From Spirochaetia bacterium (GTDB taxonomy: Bacteria > Spirochaetota > Spirochaetia > SP-2023): a stretch of DNA of 64,000 bases. The notes under the pieces are model-generated. The model searched no databases. It saw only the letters and a list, made by a program, of their open reading frames with translations, and had not been told where the DNA came from. The position numbers and the translations under genes are program-made. The stretch is taken from contig CBDDCK010000005.1 of the NCBI GenBank assembly GCA_965225855.1, forward strand, positions 1,920,001 to 1,984,000, given 5' to 3'. Of the stretch, positions 1-11,400 are shown piece after piece. The first letter of the stretch is position 1. Every line of letters begins with the position of its first letter.

Positions 1-2
1 TC

Positions 3-2387
3 TATGCGGAAAGTTCTGTACAACAAGGAAGAGATAAACAAGCTTTGGGGAAACATGCTGATCACAGCTTATATTTGCTAGCTGAAATTCGCGATCAAGT
101 TAAGTGTGAAGGTTTTTATATCTGTGAGCTAGACAATTATGCTGATTTTTTCGATTTAGGTTCACAGCAACATTTTTCAGCTTTTATCTTCAATTTGCCT
201 AGGGATTTATTGCGCAGTAATCCCCTTCAAGGGGCTCAAGGGGCTGTTGAATACCAGTTGCTTGATGATATTATCGCCCATATTCGTCACTATAATGAAG
301 ATGTGCCGATTTTTTTGTATGGCAAGCAAAGTGAATACAATTTGCTTAGTGAAGATGTTATTCGCGATACCACAGGATTTATTTACTACGGGGAAGATAC
401 AGTAGAATTTACTGCGCGCTACGTCAGCCGAGAAGCGCGATATTACTTAAAAACTTGCTTGCCGGCATTTTTTCGCAATTTGATGGAATATGTCTATAAT
501 AGCTCCTATTCTTGGCATTGCCCTGGCCATTCTGGAGGTACGGCTTTTTTAAAAAGCCCTGTAGGCAAAATTTTCCACCAATTTTTTGGCGAGAATTTGC
601 TGCGCGCTGATATTTGCAACGCCGTGGAAAGTTTGGGCCAATTATTAGAGCATACAGGGCATATCGGCTCTAGCGAGCGCAATGCAGCCCATGTGTTTTG
701 CGCTGACCGTTTGTATTTTGTAACCAATGGCACCTCAACTTCCAACAAAATTGTGGCGCACGCAAATGTTACCCAAGGAGATTTAGTACTGGTTGATCGC
801 AATTGCCATCAAAGTATTTTGCATGCAATCATTCAAACAGGGGCTATTCCGATTTTTTTGCAACCGAGTCGCAATGCTTATGGCATTGTCGGCCCAATAC
901 CAGAAGAACAATTTCATGTCAAATGGATAGAGAAGGCTATTGAACAAAACCCTTTGGTAGCCAACGCTCGTAAAGCTAAATCAAAATTAGATGTAACAGA
1001 CCAAGAGAAGAAACTTCAGCCATCTAGGCTGGCGCCTAAAGCCATGTTTCTTACCCAAAGTACCTATGATGGTATTTTGTACAATACGGAAACCATTAAA
1101 ATGCAATTAGATAATTATATCCATGTATTGCATTTTGATGAGGCGTGGATTCCCCATGCTGTGTTTCACGATTTTTATTTTGCGATGCACGCAATGGGCT
1201 ACCATCGGCCAGCAACTCAATATAGTACCATTTATGCTACGCAAAGTACCCACAAATTATTAGCTGGCCTTTCTCAAGCTAGCCAAATTTTAGTGCAAAA
1301 TGCAACGGCTACGCCGTTAGACCCTGCTCCAATGGAAGCTTCCTTTTTGATGCATACTTCGACTAGTCCGCAGTATTCGATATTGGCCAGCCTTGATGTA
1401 ACTTCTGCAATGATGTCTGGAGCTAACGGTTATGCGATTGTCGAAGAAGCTTTAGTAGAAGCTCTATGTTTTCGCAAGGCTTTGCGAAAATATGGTGAAG
1501 GTTTAGGGCCAGGGACTTGGTGGTTTCATGATTGGGGGCCACAGTATTTTAGCGAGGTAAATCCTTGCCCTGAATGGTTTGGTGAAATAGCAAATTTAAG
1601 TATGTCTGCACTGGAGTATAACAATAACGCAAACCAATGGCAGAAAGAATGGCGGCTAGATTCTAGCTCTAAATGGCATGGATTTGGGCACGGTAGCTCC
1701 GATTTTAATATGTTGGACCCGATAAAATGTACTTTGCTAACCCCAGGTTTAGACGAAGAGGGCAATTTACAAGAGTTTGGTATTCCAGCCGTAGTTGTTA
1801 GTCGGTACTTACAGGAAAATGGTATGATTGTAGAAAAGACTGGGCTGTATTCTATTTTTATTATGTTTACTATTGGAATAACCAAAGGCCGCTGGAAAAG
1901 TCTGCTCAGCGCATTGCAGCGTTTTAAAGTGGACTACGATATTCAGCAGTCGCTGTGGCAGAGTATGCCTCAACTGTGCCAGCAATATCCACAATATGCA
2001 GACTTAAACATTCAACAACTTTGCCAATTATTGCATCAAGGTTATCGTCAAAGCTGTATTTGCGAGCAGACGAATCGAGCCTATTCCAGCCAATTATTGC
2101 CTAGGTTAACCCCTAGTGAAGCTTACCGTTTATTTGTTTGTGGCCAGTATGAAAGCGTCAATGTTTTACAAATTGAAGGCAGGGTTTCCGCTTCGATGAT
2201 TTCTGTTTACCCGCCTGGCATTCCTTTAGTCTTTCCCGGTGAAATTATTTCCGAGGAAATACAACAGTACTTATTATGTGTAGAACAACAGCAACAGCAG
2301 TTTCCCGGTTTTGAAATTCATATCCACGGCGTGAAAGTTCCCATGAATGCAGAGCATTTTTTGATCAACGTGTTGAAAGAAGATTGA
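3..2387 (+). CDS. Orn/Lys/Arg decarboxylase (PLP fold-type I, AdiA/LdcC-like), probably 5'-partial
   Basis: Motifs WHCPGHSGG, FVTNGTSTSNK, VDRNCH, HFDEAW, STHK (PLP lysine), HTSTSPQY, YPPGIP. The frame is open from base 3, so the true start may lie upstream of the window. Confidence 0.92.
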   Translation, partial: YAESSVQQGRDKQALGKHADHSLYLLAEIRDQVKCEGFYICELDNYADFFDLGSQQHFSAFIFNLPRDLLRSNPLQGAQGAVEYQLLDDIIAHIRHYNEDVPIFLYGKQSEYNLLSEDVIRDTTGFIYYGEDTVEFTARYVSREARYYLKTCLPAFFRNLMEYVYNSSYSWHCPGHSGGTAFLKSPVGKIFHQFFGENLLRADICNAVESLGQLLEHTGHIGSSERNAAHVFCADRLYFVTNGTSTSNKIVAHANVTQGDLVLVDRNCHQSILHAIIQTGAIPIFLQPSRNAYGIVGPIPEEQFHVKWIEKAIEQNPLVANARKAKSKLDVTDQEKKLQPSRLAPKAMFLTQSTYDGILYNTETIKMQLDNYIHVLHFDEAWIPHAVFHDFYFAMHAMGYHRPATQYSTIYATQSTHKLLAGLSQASQILVQNATATPLDPAPMEASFLMHTSTSPQYSILASLDVTSAMMSGANGYAIVEEALVEALCFRKALRKYGEGLGPGTWWFHDWGPQYFSEVNPCPEWFGEIANLSMSALEYNNNANQWQKEWRLDSSSKWHGFGHGSSDFNMLDPIKCTLLTPGLDEEGNLQEFGIPAVVVSRYLQENGMIVEKTGLYSIFIMFTIGITKGRWKSLLSALQRFKVDYDIQQSLWQSMPQLCQQYPQYADLNIQQLCQLLHQGYRQSCICEQTNRAYSSQLLPRLTPSEAYRLFVCGQYESVNVLQIEGRVSASMISVYPPGIPLVFPGEIISEEIQQYLLCVEQQQQQFPGFEIHIHGVKVPMNAEHFLINVLKED

Positions 2388-2511
2388 ACCAACATTGAAA
2401 GCTTGTTTGGTTATAATATACAGCAATGGCCATTTATATCGTTATATTTTAGTGGCTTCCAACAAAGCTAAGCTTTTGCTAGAATTGTTCGAAATTGTGT
2501 ATTTCTAAGGA

Positions 2512-3594
2512 TTGCCTATGTTATTTCTCAATATATTTTTTGATAACTCTATATTTAATGGTGTTTTTGCCTACCTTGAATATCCCAATTGGCTACAGCC
2601 AGAAGTGATTCCCGGCTTTAAAATACCACGCTGGTACAGCCTGATGTATGTACTAGCATTTAGCATAACTTATTTACTAATGCGTTATCAGTATCGCAGT
2701 CAGAAAAATTTAGACATTCCAGAAGATAAGAAACTATTGCCATATCCAGAAGACTATATCCAAAATTATTGCCTTTGGTGTATCTTTTCAATGCTATTTT
2801 TTATTCGGTTTACCTATGTGCTTTTTTATGAATTAGATAGGGCTTATTATTTGAGCCACCCTTGGTTGATCTGGTGGCCTTTTCGTAATGGTGAATTTGT
2901 TGGTTTGCAAGGGCTTAGCTACCACGGCGGCGTCATTGGGATTCTCGTAGGTATGTGGTTATTTTGTCGACACTACCGCCAACCTTTTTTGGTTTGGGCA
3001 GACGCCTTAACGGTGGGCTTGCCGTTAGGCTATACTTTGGGCCGTCTAGGAAACTTTTTTAATGGTGAACTTTATGGCCGTGTAACAACCGTGCCATGGG
3101 GGATGATTTTCCCACAGGCTGAAGCTGTTGGTGATGCGATGCCCACGCGGCTAGAATGGGTTCAAGATATGGCAGCCAAAGTTGGTTTGGAAATTCAAGG
3201 TGCAATGATTAACTTACCGCGCCACCCTTCGCAATTTTACGAAGCTTTTGGTGAAGGAATTTTGTTGTGGTTGGTTTTATGGTTTATTGTGCGGCCGCGC
3301 CGTCCCTATCCTGGTTTTACCTCTGGTTGCTACCTCATCGGCTATGGCCTAGTGCGTTTTATTTTAGAATATTTGCGCCAGCCAGATAGTTATCCCGGCT
3401 ATGTTATCCAATTAGGCAGCAGCTCGGACGTGCGTTATTTTAGCTCGTTTGGGAATATTTCAATAGGGCAATTACTTTCTTTAAGTATGATATTGGGAGG
3501 CTTATTTGTGATAGCGTTAGCTCGAAGTCTCTACCGTTATCGCAATAAGCTGAAAACCGATGCTTGTGAAAATGAAAGAAATACACAAACTTAG
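2512..3594 (+). CDS. lgt: Prolipoprotein diacylglyceryl transferase
   Basis: RWYSLMY, GLSYHGG, GRLGNFFNGELYGR, RHPSQFYE motifs; multiple TM segments. Confidence 0.95.
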   Translation: MPMLFLNIFFDNSIFNGVFAYLEYPNWLQPEVIPGFKIPRWYSLMYVLAFSITYLLMRYQYRSQKNLDIPEDKKLLPYPEDYIQNYCLWCIFSMLFFIRFTYVLFYELDRAYYLSHPWLIWWPFRNGEFVGLQGLSYHGGVIGILVGMWLFCRHYRQPFLVWADALTVGLPLGYTLGRLGNFFNGELYGRVTTVPWGMIFPQAEAVGDAMPTRLEWVQDMAAKVGLEIQGAMINLPRHPSQFYEAFGEGILLWLVLWFIVRPRRPYPGFTSGCYLIGYGLVRFILEYLRQPDSYPGYVIQLGSSSDVRYFSSFGNISIGQLLSLSMILGGLFVIALARSLYRYRNKLKTDACENERNTQT

Positions 3595-3644
3595 GCTCAA
3601 ATTTTGTATTACCCTTAATTTTTTTACAAAAATAGGAAACTGTT

Positions 3645-4130
3645 ATGAACCACAGTATATTATTTATTTGTATGGGAAATATTTGCCGTTCTCCGGCAGC
3701 CCATGCCGTGATGGAGCAGCTCAATCAAAAACACCAATTAGGTTGGCGTATAGATTCTTGCGGTACCCATGCTTATCATAAAAGGGCTTCGCCAGATACT
3801 CGCATGCAAAAAGCTTTACGAGATCACGGCTACCCCAAATTTCAGCACTTTTCCCAGCCATTTGAGCTAGGTATGGCCTACGAATTTGATTTACTGTTGG
3901 CAATGGACTTCCAAAACTATACATATGTTCGAGAAAAATTGTGCCACGATGAAACTTTGCTACAAAAGTTATATTTGTTTCGCTATTTTGATCCTCAAGT
4001 AGCTTCCGAATTTAACAATGATGAAGTTCTTGACCCTTATTACAACGGCGATAAAAGCTTCCAGGAAGTCTACCAGATGATTGTGCGCACTTGTGAAGCC
4101 TTAACAAAGCAGTTTGGCTCTTGTCAATGA
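3645..4130 (+). CDS. Low-molecular-weight protein-tyrosine phosphatase
   Basis: LFICMGNICRSP P-loop and DPYY motif. Confidence 0.93.
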   Translation: MNHSILFICMGNICRSPAAHAVMEQLNQKHQLGWRIDSCGTHAYHKRASPDTRMQKALRDHGYPKFQHFSQPFELGMAYEFDLLLAMDFQNYTYVREKLCHDETLLQKLYLFRYFDPQVASEFNNDEVLDPYYNGDKSFQEVYQMIVRTCEALTKQFGSCQ

Positions 4131-4181
4131 AAATTAATTGAGTTTGGTGAAAATTGAACAAAGTTGAGAATTTTAATAGCC

Positions 4182-4210
4182 TTGACAAAATGAAATAATT
4201 TTTTTATGGT
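4182..4210 (+). promoter_or_regulatory. sigma70-type promoter of rpsP operon
   Basis: TTGACA (4182-4187), 17 bp spacer, TATGGT (4205-4210). Confidence 0.6.
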
Positions 4211-4281
4211 TTGCGTACATTTGGTATCTAGCTAGTAAAAATAGCTATTGCTAAAAATACAATCGATATTGGAGAACAACT

Positions 4282-4527
4282 ATGGTTAAAATCCGCTTGA
4301 AAAGACTAGGTGCTGTTCACCGTCCCTACTACCGAATTATTGTGATTGATTCTCGTAAAGCGCGCAGTGGTCGTGCTATTGAAGAGCTTGGCTACTATCA
4401 TCCTATTGAAAAAGAAAACCAAGTGAAAATTTCTAAAGAGCGTGCTGAACACTGGCTAAAGCAAGGTGCTCAACCCACAGATACGGTTAGAGGGCTTTTC
4501 ACTAAAAACGGCGTTTCGCTTAAATAG
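4282..4527 (+). CDS. rpsP: 30S ribosomal protein S16
   Basis: [37 protein letters not shown]; operon context. Confidence 0.98.
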   Translation: MVKIRLKRLGAVHRPYYRIIVIDSRKARSGRAIEELGYYHPIEKENQVKISKERAEHWLKQGAQPTDTVRGLFTKNGVSLK

Positions 4528-4537
4528 TAGGTGATTC

Positions 4538-4783
4538 ATGAGCCCTAATGAATATGCAGATTTTGTTGCATACATCACCAAATCTTTAGTTCAGTATCCT
4601 GAAGAAGTAAAAGTTGAGTCTGTTGAAGGTGAGCGTTCTGTTATCTTGGAAGTGCATGTATCTTCAGCTGATATAGGTAAAGTGATTGGAAGGCAAGGTC
4701 GTATTGCCCGAGCATTGCGCACGTTGCTACAAGCTGCAACAGCATGCCAAGAAAAGCGTTATGCTTTGGAAATTCTGGACTGA
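4538..4783 (+). CDS. khpA: KH-domain RNA-binding protein (UPF0109)
   Basis: DIGKVIGRQGRIARALR KH motif; located between rpsP and rimM. Confidence 0.92.
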   Translation: MSPNEYADFVAYITKSLVQYPEEVKVESVEGERSVILEVHVSSADIGKVIGRQGRIARALRTLLQAATACQEKRYALEILD

Positions 4784-4837
4784 TTTGAATTGTAAAATAA
4801 CCAGAATACACCAATTTTTGTTATAAACCATTCCCTC

Positions 4838-4866
4838 TTGACGTGTGCTTTAAAGGCCTCCATAAT
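4838..4866 (+). promoter_or_regulatory. sigma70-type promoter upstream of rimM
   Basis: TTGACG (4838-4843), 17 bp spacer, CATAAT (4861-4866). Confidence 0.55.
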
Positions 4867-4931
4867 ATTCTAGCATTTCGTTTTATGGGGTTTGGTTTCT
4901 TATTTTCTATATACAGTTTATTTTCCAAGCT

Positions 4932-5531
4932 ATGGTATGTATTGGTACTATCGTAAAGTCTCATAAAACTGATGGTCATTTTTTGTGCCAGTTGTTCAAT
5001 TCTTTGGAGTTAGATGAACAGGGCCAGCATCGCCTAAGTGAATTGAAACAAGTAGAATTGCGTTCTCCAAGGAAAAAGCATATTTCATCTAAAAGTATAT
5101 TTTTACCATTGGAAGAATTTGAAATTACCGGTCGCAGTGGTTTTCGTAGCGTTTTGCTCAAAAGTCCTTTGTGGGCAAAAGCAGAACAAGTAAAGTTTTT
5201 TCACGGTTGGGAGCTTTGGGCAGAAGACCAGTATGCAAGCTCTTGTGGAGATGATGAATTTTTATATTGTGAATTAATGGATACCAAAGTGTATATCTGT
5301 ACTGATGATATGGTAAAAAATCAATCAAAAGAAAATTATTGTTTACTCGGTTATGTCATTAATCTTTTTGAAGGTGGGGCTCAATTGCTTTTAGAAATTC
5401 AGCTTTGTGTCCAACGATACCCACAACATAAAACTATGTATTTACCATTCCACAGTAGTATTATTGGTAGGGTGGAGCGTAGAGTGAGTATTGAAATTCT
5501 CGATTTGGCATATTTTGAATCGTTGTTATAA
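4932..5531 (+). CDS. rimM: 16S rRNA processing protein RimM (divergent)
   Basis: IGTIVKSH..G N-terminus, DEFLYCEL, LGYV, LPF; canonical position before trmD. Confidence 0.8.
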   Translation: MVCIGTIVKSHKTDGHFLCQLFNSLELDEQGQHRLSELKQVELRSPRKKHISSKSIFLPLEEFEITGRSGFRSVLLKSPLWAKAEQVKFFHGWELWAEDQYASSCGDDEFLYCELMDTKVYICTDDMVKNQSKENYCLLGYVINLFEGGAQLLLEIQLCVQRYPQHKTMYLPFHSSIIGRVERRVSIEILDLAYFESLL

Positions 5532-5534
5532 TTT

Positions 5535-6431
5535 ATGAAATTTACCTATTTGACGTTGTTTCCAGAGCTTATTGAAGCGTACTTTCAAAATTCTATTATG
5601 AAGCGGGCGGTAGAAAAAAATTTAATTGAATACAAGGTGTTGCAGCTCCGCGATTTTGCCAATGATAGTCCGTACCACGCTTGTGATGATGCGCCTTACG
5701 GTGGTGGTGCAGGTATGTTGCTGAAAAGTGCACCTGTGGCCCTTGCACTAGAAAGTATTTCTGCTCGGGAAAAACTTTGTATTTATCCGTCGCCTAGTGG
5801 CTATCCATTTCAACAAAAAATTGCAAGAGCTTTAAGTTGCTTGGAGTTTTTGAGTCCTCAAAAAGAATTTGAACAGTTGAAAAATAGCGATTTCCTTGCA
5901 AATTTAAAAAATTCTATACAAAATATGCATGAATTTCATTTACGAAAAACCATTGAAAAATTTAATGATAACAATCAAATAAGTCGAGAAATTGTTTTTA
6001 TCTGTGGTAGGTATGAAGGTATTGACCAGAGAATCATTGATGATTATGTTGACTTAGAGCTCTCAACTGGCGATTATGTTTTATCTTCTGGTGAGCTGGG
6101 TAGCCTTTGCTTAACCGATGCGATTTATCGGCTCTGTGATGGGGTAATTAGCAAAGAATCCCTAGCTTCTGAAAGCTTTTCCAAAAATTTGTTAGAATAC
6201 CCTCAATATACTCGGCCTGAATATTTTTGTGGTCAATGCGTTCCAGAAGTATTACTTTCAGGCCATCATGAAAAAATTCGGCTGTGGCAGCTAGAACAAA
6301 GTGTGCGTATAACTTTCAGTCGTAGGCCGGAGTTATTACAACAAGCGCAAGATAACAATCAGTTAAGCTCTGAAGTTTTAGCTATTCTTCAAAAACTGCA
6401 AAATAATGATGCAATGGAAATTACCCAATAA
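5535..6431 (+). CDS. trmD: tRNA (guanine37-N1)-methyltransferase with internal insertion
   Basis: TLFPE, DDAPYGGGAGM, ICGRYEGIDQR, GDYVLSSGE, LLEYPQYTRP, VPEVLLSGHH. Confidence 0.97.
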   Translation: MKFTYLTLFPELIEAYFQNSIMKRAVEKNLIEYKVLQLRDFANDSPYHACDDAPYGGGAGMLLKSAPVALALESISAREKLCIYPSPSGYPFQQKIARALSCLEFLSPQKEFEQLKNSDFLANLKNSIQNMHEFHLRKTIEKFNDNNQISREIVFICGRYEGIDQRIIDDYVDLELSTGDYVLSSGELGSLCLTDAIYRLCDGVISKESLASESFSKNLLEYPQYTRPEYFCGQCVPEVLLSGHHEKIRLWQLEQSVRITFSRRPELLQQAQDNNQLSSEVLAILQKLQNNDAMEITQ

Positions 6432-6440
6432 GGAGAAAAT

Positions 6441-6800
6441 ATGAGCATTATGATTTCTGCTTTAGAAGCAGAGCAAATTATTCCCGATCGCAAGAGTTTT
6501 CGTGTGGGCGATACAATTAAGGTCCATTACCGTATTATTGAGGGGAAAACAGAGCGTATACAAGTGTACGAGGGCATTACCATTGGTTTTCGCAATGGTG
6601 GTTTGCGTGAGACTTTTACGGTACGCAAAATTTCTTTCGGCGTGGGTGTGGAGCGTATTTTTCCATTACACTCGCCACGTATTGAGCGCATAGAGGTTGT
6701 TCGGCGTGGTCGGGTGCGGTGCGCTAAATTATATTATTTGCGCAATCGGTCCGGTAAAGCAGCTCGTATACGGGAATTAGTTGGCAAGAAAAAAGCGTAG
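6441..6800 (+). CDS. rplS: 50S ribosomal protein L19
   Basis: [34 protein letters not shown]. Confidence 0.98.
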   Translation: MSIMISALEAEQIIPDRKSFRVGDTIKVHYRIIEGKTERIQVYEGITIGFRNGGLRETFTVRKISFGVGVERIFPLHSPRIERIEVVRRGRVRCAKLYYLRNRSGKAARIRELVGKKKA

Positions 6801-6938
6801 AAAGTAATTATAGCAAGCTGATTTTTTATATTTGGTTTGCTTTCATAAAAATATTAATTTTTTTAGAAATACTATTGTATTAATTATACTATTGTACTAT
6901 TATACTATTAAGCTAAAATCTATGTAGAAGAGGTTTTC

Positions 6939-8462
6939 ATGTTTATTATATATCAATACATAGTAGTATATTTATTTTATCTAATACTTGTATTGCCGGT
7001 TTCTTTATTTTCTCAAGATGTCAATCCAGAAAAGACAGATATTACCATAAGGAAAGCTTTAGCAGCACCGTGGTTAGAACCTGATTTTGAATCTGATCGT
7101 GAAGTTATCCAATGGTCAGATTTCCGCAGTAAAATAAAAGCTGCTCTGCCTAATTATACTCAGGAAGAATTGACGTTAGAGTTAAGTAGATTAGATTTAA
7201 AAGATCAGTATGTTGGCGGTGATATAAATATTGGTGCTTCAGCATCGTATGATTTTAGTACAAAAGAAGCGATGCAAAGTAAAGACTCGGTGACGACTCA
7301 TAATTTAAAAATCAATCCTTCCATTTCTAAGAAATTTTTGCGTACGGGAACAACTCTTTCTGTCAATTTAAATAATACGTTAAGCCAAACAGTTGTGGCA
7401 GGAAAAGACCCAACCGGCTCGACTATGATTAATTCTAATTTTACTCTAAAACAAGATTTATTGAAAAATTTCTTTGGTTTACTGGCTCGCCAAAATATTG
7501 CAAATTCGGAGCGGAATCTAGCTATTGACAAATTAAAACGCCAAAACAATGAACGCAAGCTTCAGAAAGATTATGATCTTATGTATCTCGATTGGATTTT
7601 GTTGTGGCGTAAACAGGAAGTTTTGCAGAAACAATTGGATCGAAGTACGAAAAGCTTGGCGAATGCTAGAGAGCAACGAAGGCTAAATTATATTGATAAC
7701 GGTACTTATCAACAATACTACAATACCCATTTAGTTTACCGTCAGTCGCTACAAGATAATGAACAAAATTTGTTTGCTATGGAGCAAGCTTTTGCTCGTT
7801 TTTTAGGCAACAAACTTTATATACCGGATAAGGACATATTGGAGCCTTTGCTTGAAAAATCAATGCAAAAATTTGAACCATTGTATTTTGAAGATTCTTG
7901 GACCTGGTATATCAACGAGCAAAGTTTAAAACAATCTCAAATTCTCTTTAAATTTAGCAAGTTACAGCGCCTTCCAGAATTGACGTTGAGCACAAGCTTA
8001 GGAGTTAAAGCGCAAGTAAATCATGGTAACAACAGCCAAGGTGATTATAGTTTGAAGCCAGAATTGACTTATTCCGTTGATATAAAGCTTTCTTGGCCGG
8101 CATTGATGATCAAAGCTCGGAATACAATCGCCCGATCGCGTATCAATTTACAAAAATTGGAAACCAGTATTGAACAACAACGGCAGAATTTTGAAATTAA
8201 AGTTGCCAAGCAATATGCTAGCCATAGCTATTTGTTGCAAACCTATGAAATTCGCAAAGAAAAATACAAAGCTCAAGCAGCTATAAATACTTCTAATCAA
8301 ATTAAATATCGTCAAGCACGTTCTAGTATCCGCGATTTAATGGATGGAGAAATTTCAAAATTAAATGCAGAATTAAGTTTATTAAATACTGAAAATCAAT
8401 TGATAGAACAATTGCTAAACTATCAGTATGAAACACGCAATGGTGATATTCTGAATCTCTAA
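6939..8462 (+). CDS. TolC-family outer membrane efflux protein
   Basis: Signal peptide; two-fold repeat of beta strands plus long helices (TLKQDLLKN, RLPELTLS); directly upstream of an RND permease. Confidence 0.7.
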   Translation: MFIIYQYIVVYLFYLILVLPVSLFSQDVNPEKTDITIRKALAAPWLEPDFESDREVIQWSDFRSKIKAALPNYTQEELTLELSRLDLKDQYVGGDINIGASASYDFSTKEAMQSKDSVTTHNLKINPSISKKFLRTGTTLSVNLNNTLSQTVVAGKDPTGSTMINSNFTLKQDLLKNFFGLLARQNIANSERNLAIDKLKRQNNERKLQKDYDLMYLDWILLWRKQEVLQKQLDRSTKSLANAREQRRLNYIDNGTYQQYYNTHLVYRQSLQDNEQNLFAMEQAFARFLGNKLYIPDKDILEPLLEKSMQKFEPLYFEDSWTWYINEQSLKQSQILFKFSKLQRLPELTLSTSLGVKAQVNHGNNSQGDYSLKPELTYSVDIKLSWPALMIKARNTIARSRINLQKLETSIEQQRQNFEIKVAKQYASHSYLLQTYEIRKEKYKAQAAINTSNQIKYRQARSSIRDLMDGEISKLNAELSLLNTENQLIEQLLNYQYETRNGDILNL

Positions 8463-8493
8463 AAAATAGATTACGAAATAGCAAGGGAATAGT

Positions 8494-11400
8494 ATGTCTA
8501 AAACAATACATAAGCAGGCTGAGTTTCATTCTAAAGATGGCTTCATCGGTTACATTATTACTTTATTTTACAACAAGAGGTTACTTAGTACGATTATCAC
8601 TATCTCGATCGTGATGATTGGGGTTTTGTTTGCTAGGGGTATTCAGCGGGAGGCAATGCCTAACGTTCAGTCTAATACTTTTCGAGTTACTATTTCTTAC
8701 CCTGGTGCTTCGCCTATTCAAGTGGAGCAAGATGCTGTAATTCCTGTAGAAGATGTAATTAAAGAAATTGCAGATATAAAAAGCTATACTTCGAGTTCTT
8801 CACAAGGTTATGGTACGATTTATATTAATATGAGTGAAGATGCTTCTGATCCTGATGCGGTGGGCGATGAAATTTACCGTAAAATTAATTTAAATAGTAT
8901 TAGCGGTATTTCCTCTGATATTGATTCGATAACAGTCAAGCGTTTTGGTACTTCAGATCAAGAAATCTATGGTATCGTGTTATTTGCTGAAGAAGGAATT
9001 GATGAACTTTTATTTCAGCAGACTGCCAATTCATTGGCAATCCAAATTGAAAATCTCCCAGGAGTGGGTGAAGTAAGAAAAGATGGCTATCATGAGCAGC
9101 AGATTGAAATTAACGTTAGCCCGCGTTTATTGGCGCGCAATCATGTAGATATTAATTCTGTGGTCAATGCTATTAAAAAACGCAATGTGCGCTCTAGTGC
9201 AGGTATCTTAGAAGACCCAGACAATTATAAGGCTATCGTTACCATCAGCGAGTATGAAAACTTGGAAGAATTGCGCAATACCGTGATACGAGCGGGTTTT
9301 GATAGGAATCAAATTTTATTGCGCGATGTGGCGAGGGTCAACAAAGTTTTTCCCGAACCAACTAGCTATCAACGTGCAAATGCAAAACCTGCTATTGTGC
9401 TTTATATAAACAAGACATCTGCATCGGATATTGTCAAAACAACCCAAACGGTAAAGGCATTCTTGGAAAAGAACGCTGAAAACTTTTTGCCTCAAGGTAT
9501 CACTTGGTTTGAATTTTTTGATGAGGGGGACGAGGTCAACAAAGTGAGTCGTGTTTTGATTACCAACGGTGTTATTGGTTTTTTGTTGATTTTATTGGTT
9601 TTGTTTCTCTTTTTAGATTTTACTACCGCATTTTGGACTGCTTGCGGGTTGCCTATCACGATGATTTTGACCTTAGCTTATATGGGGAGAACGGGGCTGT
9701 CTATCAATTATCTTACTTTGACAGCAATGATTACCATGATAGGTATGTTAGTTGACCACGGTATCGTTATTTCTGAAACTATTTTTGCCCGCCGAGCCAA
9801 AGGATTTTCTCCGCTTCGTGCCTGTATCGAAGGTCTGCGTTCGGTGTTTTGGCCTGTGTTGGTTACAGTTTCAACTACGATTATGGCTTTTTTACCAATG
9901 CTAATGGTTGGCGGTATGATGGGGAAATTTACTCGTTTTTTCCCCATCATGGTAACTATTATGCTGTCATTTTCTTTCTTTGAAGCTTGTTTTCTACTGG
10001 TTAGCCATTTATTGCACGCTAAGTCGAATGATGAATCTCCACGCCGATTGCGTAAAGAAGAGCGCAATTTGGTCAAAGGCCGTCTCCCGCAAGACACTTG
10101 GTTTTCACCTACTATTCATGTTTATCAGTGCATGTTGCGTTTTGTTATTCGTTTTCGCTGGTTGAGTTTAATATTTTTCGCAAGTTTTTTAGTTGGAGGT
10201 GTTTTTTATAGCTTACCTGCGATTAAGAATTTTGTGCTATTTGATAACGCTGACTCACCTATTATCGCTATCAATTACTTTCCTCATCAAGATACAACCC
10301 TCGAACAGGGAAGAGACGATTCTTTGGAGTTAGAGCAGCGTATAAAAGATATTACTCCAGAAGGGCAAATTAAAGGTATGACCAATAAGGTTTATAGAGA
10401 TTCACGTGGTACGGTAAAAGGCCAAATGTATTTACGAATGGTAAGCAAAGAAGATAGGGTACTCGATTACGCTACTTATGGCAAATTGCTCAGCGCCAAT
10501 TTACTGCCATACGGCGAACGCAGCCGCAAACAATTGATAGAAATGGCAAAAAAAGAAGAGGTGCAAAGTAACCCATACCAATTGAGCAATACAGAATTAG
10601 AGAGGATTCCTGTCTTATTTGAAAACGTGCGCCTCGGTTGGGAAGGTGGCGGTGGCCCAGGAGGGAAGGCGATTAGTTTCCGTATATATGGTAAGAATAA
10701 TGAGGAACTTCGCCTAGCTGGTGAGGAATCCGTTACTTTATTGGAGAATATGGCTGGTACTATGAATATTGAAAGTAGTTATGATACGCCAACAGAGCAA
10801 ATTCGCGTTAGCATCAACTATCAGCAGATGGCTCGTTTTGGCATACAATTATCCGATGTGAATCAAACTTTGCGTACAGCTTTTCAAGGTACTACGGCTT
10901 CTCAAAATCGCTCTGGGGATAAAACGTCTTATATTGTACGGCTGGAAAAATCGTATCGTAAATCTATCAGAACGATTTTATCGCTTACGGTACAAGCCTC
11001 TACTGGGCAATTTATTCCACTTTCGCGTTTTGCCCGCCTTACAACAGAATTTACGACACCGTCTATCCAGCATTTCAACGGCAATCGTACCATTACTTTG
11101 ACAGGGGATTTAGACCCCAATACAGAAGGGATTACATCTTTATTGATCAGCAATCAGTTTAAGAAACAATTTGCTGCAATTCGTGAAAAATACCCCAGTG
11201 TAACTTTGGAGACCTCGGGTGGAGAGGCAGAACAAACTAATAATTTTGTCGGCGACATCGTACCTGCTTTTGCTGTAGCACTTTTGTTAATTTCATTGAT
11301 TTTGATTTTGCTTTTTGATTCTTTTATACAACCTATGATTGTGATGGGCTCTATTCCTTTTGGCTTGGTTGGTGGTTTAATTGCTCTACAGCTTCACGGT

